From positions 4,000,001 through 4,064,000 of the forward strand of contig OZ243956.1 in the NCBI GenBank assembly GCA_965214405.1: 64,000 nucleotides of DNA, given 5' to 3'. The notes beneath the pieces were generated by a model. It was not told the DNA's origin. It did no database searches and saw only the letters and a list, made by a program, of their open reading frames with translations. Numbering within the stretch: position 1 is the first letter of the stretch; every line of letters begins with the position of its first letter. The translations under genes and the position numbers were made by a program. The DNA comes from Trueperaceae bacterium. GTDB lineage: Bacteria; Deinococcota; Deinococci; Deinococcales; Trueperaceae. Below are positions 29,585 through 39,461 of the stretch, piece by piece.

Positions 29585-31294
29585 ATGTCAATGGAAGCGG
29601 CTAGAAAAGAACTTGAAGAGTTTTTCAAAAGTGGAGAAGCTGGTGTGTTTGTTCTTAAAGGCAAGTGGGGAGTTGGTAAAACTCATCTTGTGCGAGATGT
29701 CGTTGAAGGTAACTCAAACAAGCAAGGGGGCATAAAACATGCTTATGTTTCTCTGTTTGGAGTGAACTCTACCGAAGAGCTTACAGAAGCTATTTTTGTC
29801 GAGATGGCAACCAATGCAAAAGCCCTTAAAAAAGGCGCTGGCGAATTAGAGGACTTTACAAAAGACACAGGAAACATCTTTGGTGAGCTATTCAATCGCA
29901 CCGTCAGGTTTTCTACTAAAATCTGGATGCTCAAAGCAGTTCCAAAAAGCAAAATAATTATTGACGACATCGAACGCAGAGATGAAGAGTTGTCAATCAA
30001 AAACTTGCTCGGCTTTTTATCGCAACTGAAAGAGCAGAAGAATTGCCAGATTGTTCTAGTTTTTAATGAGGGAGAGCTAGACAAGGCTACCCAAGAGGAG
30101 TTTGACCGTTACCGCGAAAAAGTTGTTGACCGAGAAATTGAACTTATCCCCAGTGTTGAAAAAATCATCGAATTTGGTCTCAAAGAAGAAAACTCTGAAT
30201 TCGACTTAAAAAAGGAAAACCCCGTCGTTATAAAGGTTTTACAGCAACTCGAGGTTGACAACATCCGCGCCGTTCAAAGGATAAAGGAGTTTTTGGATAG
30301 GCTCGAGCCTTTAATTTTGCACCTGCCACAAGAGGCGCAAAACGAGGTTATAAGTTCGGCGGTGAGACTCAGTTGGTTCTACTTTGTGAGAAATAAAGAC
30401 GGAATTACTTGGAAGTTCATCAAGAATTTTGATTTGCTCTCAGTACATCTGTGGGGACAGAGAGCTAATGTCTATGGTACGAGCCGAGATGCACCAGAAG
30501 AGGAAAGTGCAGAACGGAAGAGGGAAAAAAAGCTAGCGAACCGATTGCGCCAATACGGTTACTTACGTACTGGTCCTCTCGAGAAAATGCTAATTGAAGC
30601 ACTCGAGCGGGGCTTTTATAACAGGTCGGAATTTGAGAACGTTTTAAGCGACATAGAGGAGAAAGCGAGAGCTGGCTATGCTCTTGGACAGTTAACTGCT
30701 GCTTGGAATATTTTATACTCGAGTTTTGCAGATAATGAAGAAGAGTTCGTCGCTGCGCTCGTAAAGTGCTTTGAAGACTACAGCACTCACTACGGCCCTG
30801 GAGATTTAGAAAACGCTATTTCTGTCCTTAAAGAATTAGACCGTGAGAGGGAAGCTGAGGCGGTTAAAAAGGTTTGGCGGGACGCTCCACACACCTTTGA
30901 CGACGTAATAGAGTCCGTAGGGAGAAGACGTCTTAAAAATCCAGAAATTCTTTCAATAGTTGAAGAGAAAATTCAACGAGCGCGGCAGCAAAAAGATATG
31001 CTCCAGTTGGTTGACAGTTTTATGACCGGTTCACAGAGCTTGCGGGACCGTGAGATGCTACAGGCTTATACTGAAGAAGACTGGGTTAACTTCTTCAAGA
31101 AAACAAGGGGCAATAGTGGTCCGTTATATTATGTACGCCACATTTTGGAGCTTGGTGGATTTCCCAGTCACAGAGAAGTTTCTCGAGAGGCTGCAAAAGC
31201 CCTTAAAAAGATTGCGGCTGAAAGTAAAATAAATAAGGTACGTTTGGCTGACATGAGAGAAAATATTGAGAGGTTAATTGAATCCAAAGATTGA
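29585..31294 (+). CDS. KAP-like P-loop NTPase, AT-rich
   Basis: Walker A GKWGVGKT, YVSLFG, Walker B IIIDDIER and YREKVVD. Confidence 0.75.
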   Translation: MSMEAARKELEEFFKSGEAGVFVLKGKWGVGKTHLVRDVVEGNSNKQGGIKHAYVSLFGVNSTEELTEAIFVEMATNAKALKKGAGELEDFTKDTGNIFGELFNRTVRFSTKIWMLKAVPKSKIIIDDIERRDEELSIKNLLGFLSQLKEQKNCQIVLVFNEGELDKATQEEFDRYREKVVDREIELIPSVEKIIEFGLKEENSEFDLKKENPVVIKVLQQLEVDNIRAVQRIKEFLDRLEPLILHLPQEAQNEVISSAVRLSWFYFVRNKDGITWKFIKNFDLLSVHLWGQRANVYGTSRDAPEEESAERKREKKLANRLRQYGYLRTGPLEKMLIEALERGFYNRSEFENVLSDIEEKARAGYALGQLTAAWNILYSSFADNEEEFVAALVKCFEDYSTHYGPGDLENAISVLKELDREREAEAVKKVWRDAPHTFDDVIESVGRRRLKNPEILSIVEEKIQRARQQKDMLQLVDSFMTGSQSLRDREMLQAYTEEDWVNFFKKTRGNSGPLYYVRHILELGGFPSHREVSREAAKALKKIAAESKINKVRLADMRENIERLIESKD

Positions 31295-31367
31295 TCTGAG
31301 CAAACTTCACAAGTTAGAGATGAATCTGTAGCTCGAGCCCCCTCATACCTCCTCACCCCCTCCCTCA

Positions 31368-31391
31368 AAACGGAAGTACACCTCACGCCCT
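31368..31391 (+). repeat. 24-bp direct repeat, copy 1
   Basis: AAACGGAAGTACACCTCACGCCCT, identical to 33319-33342. Confidence 0.85.
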
Positions 31392-31426
31392 CCTCCCACC
31401 TCTTCACCAACCTCCTCGAGCCCCCC

Positions 31427-32047
31427 TCACCTATCAACCGCCACGTACACACCAAGCCCAATCAACAAACCACCGGAGCCCACACGCTGGACGCGCTGCA
31501 AACGGCGGCTGCGTTTCAACACGTTTTGAAGCGGACCCGCCCCGAGCGCGACGACCAAATCGACCCCGCTGGTCAGGGAGGTTGTGATGACGCCAAGCAG
31601 CACGAACTGCCAAAACACATTGCCGTCGGGGTTGACAAACTGCGGAATGAAAGCAAGAAAAAAGAGGGCGGTCTTGGGGTTGAGAACTTCGGCGACGACG
31701 CCCTGACGAAACGCCCCCCGACTTGGGACGTGCGTAAGGTCGATGTCGTTGCCAAAGCCACCTTTTTCTAAAAGGGTTTTCACGCCGAGATAGATGAGGT
31801 ACGCGACGCCCAGCCATTTCACGACGGCGAAAGCCAAGGCCGAGGTGGCGAGGATGGCCGAAACGCCCAAGGCGGCGGCGAGGGTGTGCAGCAGCCCGGC
31901 GACGCCCGTCCCGAGCGTTGACAAGATGCCCTCCCGCCTGCCGCCGCGTAAGGTGCGGGCGAGCACGTAAAGCATTCCCGGTCCGGGGATGACGGCCAGC
32001 GTGAGGGCGGCAACGAAAAACACGGCAAAGGTCGAGGGGTCCATCAT
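31427..32047 (-). CDS. LysE/RhtB family amino acid exporter
   Basis: IPGPGMLYV, VKWLGVAYLIYLG and LNPKTALFFLAFIPQF. Confidence 0.93.
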   Translation of the reverse strand: MMDPSTFAVFFVAALTLAVIPGPGMLYVLARTLRGGRREGILSTLGTGVAGLLHTLAAALGVSAILATSALAFAVVKWLGVAYLIYLGVKTLLEKGGFGNDIDLTHVPSRGAFRQGVVAEVLNPKTALFFLAFIPQFVNPDGNVFWQFVLLGVITTSLTSGVDLVVALGAGPLQNVLKRSRRLQRVQRVGSGGLLIGLGVYVAVDR

Positions 32048-32249
32048 AAGAGCCTCCTACGAAGACTTTACCCTGGACGGATTTGAAGAGATGCGGTCGT
32101 GCAAAAAAGATGGTTAGAATAAGGATGAACTTTAGGCGGAGCACGTGATGATTTAGCTCGTCAAAAAGTAAACCTTTGATTTGTTGGCAGGGCGCTTAGT
32201 TACAGCGGGCGCTCGCAGGTTTCCGTGTCTAGCCAAAGCAAAGGTTGCT

Positions 32250-33287
32250 ATGAACATCGTGTCACCCTACGGAAAAGACGTAACGCAAGAGCTGAGAACG
32301 GTTTATAAGCTCGAGTCCGTCAACGAACTCATTGAACGCGTCCGCCACTTTTTATTGACGAGCTATTCCTTTGACGCTGTCCACATCGAACAGATTCACG
32401 TCGCCTTTGGGATAGCCGTCAAGTTTTCGCACGAGCAGCAGCCGTACTTCCTCAAATTCACGGGGCGGGCGAACCACCGCCAACCCGAAGCGCTGTTTGA
32501 GTTTCACGACGACATGCGGCGTAAGGGCGTACCGCTCCCCGAGGTGCTGAGAACGGTTGACCACACTTACTTCGAGAACATCCTCGAGAGTCCCTGGTAC
32601 GACGTGACTTACGTGATGAGGGCGGCGCGCGGTGAGGTGATGCGGCGGAAAACGCGTGCAAGGCTGGAACGGTACGTCGCGGTCGTCGTCAACTTTCACC
32701 GTATCGGCTCGAGCTACGCGCCGCGGGTGACTTCAGGCTACCGAGACATCCATGACTTTTTGCGTGAGGCAACCGACGATTTGAAGCACGCGTACAAGCT
32801 TTCCGTAAAACATCAAGACCTCTTGGGCCGAACGACGACTTATGTTGAGGATGCGTTTAGGGGGCTCAAGAGCAGCAATGAGCTTTCAAAAACGCATATT
32901 CACGGAGATTTTCGGCTTTGTCATGTGCTGTTCGACAAACAGCACGTGTCCGGCGTGATTGACGCGGAGCATGTGACCTACGCTGAAAGGCTCTATGACC
33001 TTTGCACCGGCTTGGTGAGTCATCCGAATCCGGCCCGCTGTCTGTTCCTCGATTTTGACGAGATTCTCGAGCTTCTCAAGCTGTACAACGCCCTCTATCC
33101 GCTCACGCAGGCTGACCGCGGAGCGTTAAAAGCTATGTTGCTGCTCGTGCTTCTTAACGAGCTTTCGGGGTCGCTGCTTTTTCTGGAAACGGGGCGGAGC
33201 GAAACGAAGCCGCGCGACGCGCAAAGGGTGTGGCGAACGCTCGCGCGGCTCGACGAGATGCATAATGATGCACTGCTCGAGCCTTAG
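32250..33287 (+). CDS. APH / type II homoserine kinase-like phosphotransferase
   Basis: YFLKF, IHGDFRLCHVLF and GVIDAE (a DFE variant). Confidence 0.75.
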   Translation: MNIVSPYGKDVTQELRTVYKLESVNELIERVRHFLLTSYSFDAVHIEQIHVAFGIAVKFSHEQQPYFLKFTGRANHRQPEALFEFHDDMRRKGVPLPEVLRTVDHTYFENILESPWYDVTYVMRAARGEVMRRKTRARLERYVAVVVNFHRIGSSYAPRVTSGYRDIHDFLREATDDLKHAYKLSVKHQDLLGRTTTYVEDAFRGLKSSNELSKTHIHGDFRLCHVLFDKQHVSGVIDAEHVTYAERLYDLCTGLVSHPNPARCLFLDFDEILELLKLYNALYPLTQADRGALKAMLLLVLLNELSGSLLFLETGRSETKPRDAQRVWRTLARLDEMHNDALLEP

Positions 33288-33318
33288 AAGTGCTTTATAA
33301 GCTCAAAAATCTTTCTCC

Positions 33319-33342
33319 AAACGGAAGTACACCTCACGCCCT
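33319..33342 (+). repeat. 24-bp direct repeat, copy 2
   Basis: Identical to 31368-31391. Confidence 0.85.
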
Positions 33343-33413
33343 TCTTGCCCTCGAGTGTTACATTGCAAGGGACGACAAGGACGTAGCAACGGGACTTAAA
33401 CCAAGGAGGCACA

Positions 33414-34445
33414 ATGGAGATGGTTCAGTATCTGAGTGACGAGGGCGCGCCCCTAAAGGAGCTGCCCTTTGACGAGGGGGCGCTGCTTGAGGGCTACCAC
33501 GCACTCCGCCGCACCCGCTTTTTCGACGAGCGCGCCGAGGTCTTGCAGCGGCAGGGCAAGCTGGGCGTCTACCCGCCCTTTCGCGGTCAGGAGGCGGCGC
33601 AGGTGGGGGCGATGCTAGCGTTAGAAAAAACCGACTGGCTGGTGCCGTCCTACCGCGAGAGCGCCGCGGCGCTCGTTCATGGGCTGCCCTTGGACTACCT
33701 CATCCTCTACTGGCGCGCGCACCCGGCGGGCTGGCGCTTCCCGGAGGGGCTAAACATTCTGCCCTTTTATATTCCCATCGCCACGCAGCTCCCGCAGGCG
33801 GTGGGGGTGGCGCACGCTGGTGCGCTTCAGGGCGAGAACTGGGTGGTGGCCGCCTTTATCGGCGACGGGGGCACCTCCGAGGGTGATTTTCACGAGGCGC
33901 TAAATTTCGCCGCGGTTTTTAATGCGCCCGTCGTGTTCATCGTGCAGAACAACGGCTGGGCCATCTCGGTGCCGACGCACAAGCAGATGCGCGTCGAGCG
34001 GATTGCGGACAAGGCCAAGGGCTACGGGATGCCTGGCGCTTTGGTGGACGGTAACGATTTAGTGGCGGTGTGGCAGACGGCCAAGGAGGCGGTGGCGAGG
34101 GCTCGAGCGGGTGAGGGGCCGACGCTTATCGAGGCCGTCACCTACCGCATCGCCCCGCACACCACCTCGGACGACCCAAGCCGCTACCGCGACGAGGCGG
34201 AGACGAAGGAGTGGGTCGGGCGTGAGCCGGTGGGGCGGATGCGCAAGGCATTGGCTAGTCTGAACCTCTGGGACGACGCCAAGGAGGAGGCGCTGTTGGG
34301 GGAGCTTAAGGGGGAACTCGAGGCCGCCGTAAAAAAAGCCGATGAGGCACCCGACCCCAAACCTTGGGAGATTGTCGAGCACGTGTTCGCCGAGATGACG
34401 CCCGACCAGCGGGGGGCGTGGGAGGCGCTTCATGACCAGCGTTAA
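33414..34445 (+). CDS. pdhA: Pyruvate/2-oxoacid dehydrogenase E1 alpha subunit
   Basis: [11 protein letters not shown] motif [15 protein letters not shown]...NN and HTTSDDP. Confidence 0.88.
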   Translation: MEMVQYLSDEGAPLKELPFDEGALLEGYHALRRTRFFDERAEVLQRQGKLGVYPPFRGQEAAQVGAMLALEKTDWLVPSYRESAAALVHGLPLDYLILYWRAHPAGWRFPEGLNILPFYIPIATQLPQAVGVAHAGALQGENWVVAAFIGDGGTSEGDFHEALNFAAVFNAPVVFIVQNNGWAISVPTHKQMRVERIADKAKGYGMPGALVDGNDLVAVWQTAKEAVARARAGEGPTLIEAVTYRIAPHTTSDDPSRYRDEAETKEWVGREPVGRMRKALASLNLWDDAKEEALLGELKGELEAAVKKADEAPDPKPWEIVEHVFAEMTPDQRGAWEALHDQR

Positions 34446-35460
34446 GGGGAGGGCGGAAGGCTCGAGCGTAAAACGAGAGGGCACCCGCACCATGAACATG
34501 GTCCAGGCCATCAACGACGCTCTGGATATCGCTTTGGAGCGCGACCCAGGGGTGCTCGTTTTCGGCGAGGACGTAGGAAGGATGGGCGGCGTGTTCCGCG
34601 CAACCGACGCGTTGCAAAACAAGTACGGCGAGGAGCGCGTTTACGACACGCCCTTGGCCGAGGCGGGCATCGTGGGCTACGGCATCGGCCTGGCGCTCGC
34701 GGGGATGCGGCCCGTGGCCGAAATCCAGTTCGCGGGCTTTCTCTACCCGGCCTTTGACCAAATCCTGTCGCACCTGGGCCGCTACCGCCACCGCACGCGG
34801 GGGCGCTTTTCCATCCCGATGGTCATCCGCGCGCCCTACGGCGGCGGCGTCCACACGCCCGAGCAGCACGCGGACTCGCCCGAGGGCTTTCTGGCGCACG
34901 TGCCCGGCGTCAAGGTGGTCATCCCGTCGCACCCCGAACGCGCCAAGGGCCTCCTGTTGGCCGCGATTGACGACCCCGACCCGGTCTTTTTCTTGGAGGC
35001 CATCAAGCTCTACCGCTCCCTCAAGGCCGAGGTGCCCTTAAAGCACTACACCCACCCCATCGGCAAGGCGCGCGTGGTCCGTGAGGGCGACGCGGTGAGC
35101 CTTTTCTGCTACGGCGGCATGGTGGAAGTATGTATGAAAGCCGCGGAGGTGGCGGCCAAGGAGGGGGTGGGGCTCGAGGTCATCGACCTGGAAACCCTCG
35201 TCCCGCTCGATGAAGAAACAGTTTTGGAGTCGGTACGCAAAACGGGCCGCGCCGTCGTCGTCTACGAGGCCAAGCGCGGCGGCGGCTTCGGCGCGGAGGT
35301 GGCGGCGCGTATTGCCGACGAGGCGTTGTTTAGCCTCGAGGCCCCCATCATCCGCGTGGCGGGCTGGGACGCGCCCTATCCGCCTTTCTCCTCGGTTGAG
35401 CACCACTACCGCCCCGACGCGAAGCGCGTCCTGGAGGCGGTGCGGCGGGTGCTGTCCTGA
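34432..35460 (+). CDS. pdhB: Pyruvate/2-oxoacid dehydrogenase E1 beta subunit (start may be 34492)
   Basis: [29 protein letters not shown] and [10 protein letters not shown]. Confidence 0.88.
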   Translation: MTSVKGRAEGSSVKREGTRTMNMVQAINDALDIALERDPGVLVFGEDVGRMGGVFRATDALQNKYGEERVYDTPLAEAGIVGYGIGLALAGMRPVAEIQFAGFLYPAFDQILSHLGRYRHRTRGRFSIPMVIRAPYGGGVHTPEQHADSPEGFLAHVPGVKVVIPSHPERAKGLLLAAIDDPDPVFFLEAIKLYRSLKAEVPLKHYTHPIGKARVVREGDAVSLFCYGGMVEVCMKAAEVAAKEGVGLEVIDLETLVPLDEETVLESVRKTGRAVVVYEAKRGGGFGAEVAARIADEALFSLEAPIIRVAGWDAPYPPFSSVEHHYRPDAKRVLEAVRRVLS

Positions 35461-35489
35461 GTTCTTGGTAATTGTTGCAGTTTCAGTGA

Positions 35490-35602
35490 ATCACGGGATG
35501 CACGCAGGATGAATCCCCCTAAATCCCTCTTGTTAAGGGGGACTTTTGCTGTTCCCCCCTTAACAAGGGGGGTTAGGGGGGATTTCAGCAAGGCACCGTG
35601 AT
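35490..35602. repeat. Long palindromic MITE/REP-like repeat
   Basis: Core AATCCCCCTAAATCCCTCTTGTTAAGGGGGAC pairs with GTTCCCCCCTTAACAAGGGGGGTTAGGGGGGATT, with outer ATCACGG/CCGTGAT arms. Confidence 0.75.
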
Positions 35603-35701
35603 CCCTCAGTGTTACACAGTAGGCTCGAGATTTCTGTAATTTGTCAATCTTGCTTAGACAAATGCACGCTCTCGGGAAATTCGCCGGACTCGAGCGTAAA
35701 G

Positions 35702-36238
35702 CTACACCTCAGCCTCCCGCCGCAGGACCGCCACATACATCTCGCGGTGGTACAGAGAGGGCCGCGTTGCTACTCTTTCGGGCGCGGGTAAGCCGCTCTT
35801 TTCGGCCAGCCACTCGAGCCTGTCAAAGGGAACAGGAAAGGGCACCCAGGGGCTGGCGCTGCGTCTCTCGTACTCGATAATGACGAGGAGACCCTCGGCG
35901 CGCACGCGGCTCATCACCTGCGGGAGGACGCGCCGGGGGTTGCGGACGAAGTGGAGCGAGTTTGCCAGCAAGATGCCGTCGAGGTGGGAAAGCTCCAACG
36001 GCTTTGTGAAGTCCGCCCGTCGTGGGATGACGTTAGCGGTGGGCTCGAGGGTTGCCGCATTCCGCAAATCCTCCAAAGCTCGAGCGTCCTTGTCGAGTGC
36101 GTAAACGGTCCCCTCCGGGCCGAGGAGTTCTGCCAGCGCCCACGCGAACCTGCCGCGCCCCGCGCCGAGGTCCGCCCAGCGGCCCCCCGGTGTGATGCGG
36201 GCGGGGGTGAGGAGCGCTACCGCTTCCTCGTGCGTCAC
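35702..36238 (-). CDS. Class I SAM-dependent methyltransferase
   Basis: WADLGAGRGRF, VYALD and DGILLANSLHF. GTGA overlap with the upstream hydrolase. Confidence 0.85.
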   Translation of the reverse strand: MTHEEAVALLTPARITPGGRWADLGAGRGRFAWALAELLGPEGTVYALDKDARALEDLRNAATLEPTANVIPRRADFTKPLELSHLDGILLANSLHFVRNPRRVLPQVMSRVRAEGLLVIIEYERRSASPWVPFPVPFDRLEWLAEKSGLPAPERVATRPSLYHREMYVAVLRREAEV

Positions 36239-37206
36239 CGGGTCGCTTCGTGCAAAACTTGGAGGAAGCGTTGCGGCTCCTCGAGGTGCGGGAAGTGGGC
36301 GCTTTTGTCGAACCAATGAACGGTTTTCTCGGGAGCCTCCAAACGGTTGATGTAGATTTCCGCGAGTTCGCTCGGCGTGGTCCAATCGGAGCGGCCCAGA
36401 CAAACGTGAATAGGAACGTGCAGCTTGGGCACAAGCTTGTACAGGTCAAGCGCCTCGATGCTCGGCCACAGCGCGCTTAAAGACGCCCTCGAGCCGTGCA
36501 CATAATTCCTTTTGTCCCGCCAGCCATAATCGCGGGAGGCCGCAAAGTGCAGTCCGTACCGCAGCGCGTCGCGTCGCCGCTTGAAAAAGCCGCCGAACAG
36601 CCCAAGCCACGCGCGCTGACGAAGGAGCCGTTTTGCGTTGCCGCCGTAAGGGGGCGGGGGAAGGTCGCGGATGGCGCGCGCCAACGGGGAAGACGCGGCT
36701 CGAGCCTGCAACCACGCGTACGAGACGCGCTCATTTTCCTCTCCCGCCACGAGCTGACCGGCTGTGACGACGCTCCGCACGCGCGCCGGGTATTCAGAAG
36801 CCACTAAGAACGCCAGCGCGCTCCCCCACGAGTGCCCGACTAGGGTGAGTCGGTCGCGGCGGAAACGCTCGAGCAGCACCCCGCACAGCTCCCCCGCGTC
36901 CTCCACAAGCTTTTCTAAAGAGAGCGGGACGCCCCGCCGGTAGGAGCGCCCCGCGCCGCGCTGGTCCCAGTTGACGACGAGCGCGCCCGCCTCCCACGCA
37001 CGCTGATGGCGACGCGCCGTCGCCTCCTCCGCGCTGCCGGGTCCGCCGTGCAGGAACAAAAGCAGCGGGCCGCGCGCGTTTCCACGCACACTTATCCACT
37101 GCGGCTCGCCGCCCAAGGTGACGCGCTGGGTGGAGTCAATTGGAGTGCTAATCGGACGCTTCCACTGCCGAGGGGGCTCGAGTCCCAAACATCCCCAACG
37201 ACCCAA
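36235..37206 (-). CDS. Alpha/beta hydrolase (proline iminopeptidase-like); start uncertain
   Basis: LHGGPG, WDQRGAGRS, GHSWG and SAHFPHLEE motifs. Confidence 0.85.
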   Translation of the reverse strand: MGRWGCLGLEPPRQWKRPISTPIDSTQRVTLGGEPQWISVRGNARGPLLLFLHGGPGSAEEATARRHQRAWEAGALVVNWDQRGAGRSYRRGVPLSLEKLVEDAGELCGVLLERFRRDRLTLVGHSWGSALAFLVASEYPARVRSVVTAGQLVAGEENERVSYAWLQARAASSPLARAIRDLPPPPYGGNAKRLLRQRAWLGLFGGFFKRRRDALRYGLHFAASRDYGWRDKRNYVHGSRASLSALWPSIEALDLYKLVPKLHVPIHVCLGRSDWTTPSELAEIYINRLEAPEKTVHWFDKSAHFPHLEEPQRFLQVLHEATR

Positions 37207-38584
37207 TGCGGTAAGCCGCGACGACGCTCATCAGAACGATGAGCACGCTCAACACGAACGCCAAAAGGATGCCCTGCCGCTCGCCCCCACCCGCGCCCAT
37301 AACAAGCGCGAAAAGCGCCCCGCCCGCGCCCGTGCTAAGCGCCGCGGTAAAGGTGTCCGCCAATTGCAGCGACGACGACACCATCCCCTCCTCGCCGGGT
37401 GAGATGAGCGAAAAGGCCAGCACCGACGACGTCGCGTGCGCCAGCCCGATACCCAAACCCGAAAGCATCCAACCAAAAACCGTCACGACGAGCGGATGCC
37501 AGGCGCTAAAAAGCGCGACAATCTGCACCGCCAGCCCTACCGCAAGAATGCTCGTCCCAACCAGGATGCGTAAACCCCGCCCCCGGCCCTCGAAACGCAC
37601 GTCGAGCCGTTCTTGCGACCACGACCCCAGCGTCCACGAGATCGCCCCTGTGGCGATGGCGACCCCCGTGACCGACGAAGAAAAGCCGTGAATTGAGGTG
37701 AGCATGAGCGCCAAAAAGGCCTCGACCCCGGCAAAGGCCGCGTAAAACATTCCCCTCGCCGCGACCACCGACGGCAAGCCGGGGCGCAAGCGGAGCGTCC
37801 CGGCGGGGGTGAGCTTTTGCAGCGCGGGTATAGCCAGAATCACGCCTACAACCGCCATCACCGCCCCCAGCCACCACGGGCTTACGCTGAGGCCGGAGAG
37901 AAAGAGCCCCGTTCCCGCGACCAACTTAAAAGCCGCCAGCAGCCGTTTCTCCTCTTTCGGCCCACCCTCCGGCGCGTCCTGGGTGAGGTCTTCATGATTG
38001 AGACGATGAAAGGCGGGCACGGTGAGCGCGGCGACGAGCACGAGGAGCGGCGCGATGCCCCAGAACACGAGCCGCCAGCCCAGCGCCTCCGCAACGAAGC
38101 CCGCCGCCGCCGGACCCAGCAACGCGGGCAACACCCAGGCGGACGACATAAACGCCATCATCCGCGCCCGGAGCGCGTCGGGGTAGGCCACGGTCACCGC
38201 CACGTAGGTAGATGTAACCAGCGCGCCGCCGCCGAGCCCCTGCAACACGCGGCCCAAAATGAGCACAAACATATTCGGCGCAAAACCGCTCGTGAGGAGC
38301 CCCACGCCGAAGAGCACCAAACCTAGCGTAAAAGGCCGCCCCGGCCCGGTGCGGTCCGCCATCACCCCGCCCACCACCACGCTGAGGAGCGAGGCGAGCA
38401 GGAAACCGGAAAAGACCCAGCCGTAGAGCGCCATGCCGCCTAAGCTTTGTGCCACACTCGGCGCAATCGTCACCACCGCCAGGCCTTCAAAGGCCATCAG
38501 GGTGATGCCCAAGATGATGCCGACGGTTAAGCCCCGATGTTCAGAATCGAAAACGTGCTGTTCCACCACCCCAGACGGTAGCAT
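37148..38584 (-). CDS. MFS transporter
   Basis: Multi-TM protein with ADRTGP, GRVLQGLGGG and WVLPALLGP. AGGAGG RBS. Confidence 0.9.
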   Translation of the reverse strand: MLPSGVVEQHVFDSEHRGLTVGIILGITLMAFEGLAVVTIAPSVAQSLGGMALYGWVFSGFLLASLLSVVVGGVMADRTGPGRPFTLGLVLFGVGLLTSGFAPNMFVLILGRVLQGLGGGALVTSTYVAVTVAYPDALRARMMAFMSSAWVLPALLGPAAAGFVAEALGWRLVFWGIAPLLVLVAALTVPAFHRLNHEDLTQDAPEGGPKEEKRLLAAFKLVAGTGLFLSGLSVSPWWLGAVMAVVGVILAIPALQKLTPAGTLRLRPGLPSVVAARGMFYAAFAGVEAFLALMLTSIHGFSSSVTGVAIATGAISWTLGSWSQERLDVRFEGRGRGLRILVGTSILAVGLAVQIVALFSAWHPLVVTVFGWMLSGLGIGLAHATSSVLAFSLISPGEEGMVSSSLQLADTFTAALSTGAGGALFALVMGAGGGERQGILLAFVLSVLIVLMSVVAAYRIGSLGMFGTRAPSAVEASD

Positions 38585-38664
38585 GGTGGCACCTCCTAAA
38601 CGGCAACGCGGATTGCCGTCTCGAGCCTACGCTGGACGGATGGAGAAAGCGTGGGTCTAAAGGT

Positions 38665-39378
38665 TTACTCGAGCCCTCTCAAGAACCCCCTCAACAGCCC
38701 CTTTGCCTCCCTCGGATGCGTCAGCCACGGGTAATGGTGCGTGCCTCCAATCCTCTCAAAACGTCCCTTGGGTAAGAGCGCGGCGAGCTGCTCTGTGGGC
38801 CAGCTCGGGCGGATGTCCGCGTCGCCGTAAAGAAAGAGCGCGGGTGCGTCCAAGCGGGCGATGTCCCTTAGCAGGTGGGGGCGCTGGACGTACGCGTTCC
38901 AGGAGGCGTTGACCTGTTTGTTGACCTCCATGTTGGGCGGATGGTTGAACTCGAGCTTAAACTCATCATCCCGCAAGCGGCGGTACTGCTCGTGCCACGT
39001 TCTGTCGTTGTGGATTCTGCCGCCCGACAAGCAGAGGAGGCCAGACACATGCTCAGGGTACACAAGGGCGTAAGCGAGCGCGAGGTTGGGTCCTCAGGAG
39101 TGACCGCCGACGACCCAGCGCGTAATGTTGTAGTGCTGACGGACGGCCTCGAGGTCTTCCACGCTCGCCTCAATGCTGTAAGGCGGCCCCGCGTCCGACC
39201 TCCCGCAGCCCCGTTCTTCAAAACGGATAACCTGCGCTACGTTGTCAACCATTCCAGCCACAGGCCCCAGATAGTCAGGGCAGCCCGGCCCGCCGTTGCA
39301 GAGCATCACCGCTTGGCCTGCGCCTTGAGGAACGGTCCATAGTCTGACGCCTTGATGCGTGACAAACGCTTCAGGCAC
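38665..39378 (-). pseudogene. Alpha/beta hydrolase with an in-frame TGA at the nucleophile motif
   Basis: NGGPG...ERGCGRS...GGHS*GPNLALAYALVYPEH; stop at 39094-39096 and both halves are in the same frame. Confidence 0.8.
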
Positions 39379-39461
39379 AGGAGGCGGTTTCTTCCAAAAT
39401 GGCTTTACTAAATATCGTAACGCGCGTAGACTACCACCTCGCTCGAGTTTGGCGCTCATAA

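Noticed and set aside
39094..39096. TGA as selenocysteine or a recoded Trp
   Set aside because: The position is Trp in the family, not Cys, and many genes here use TGA as stop.
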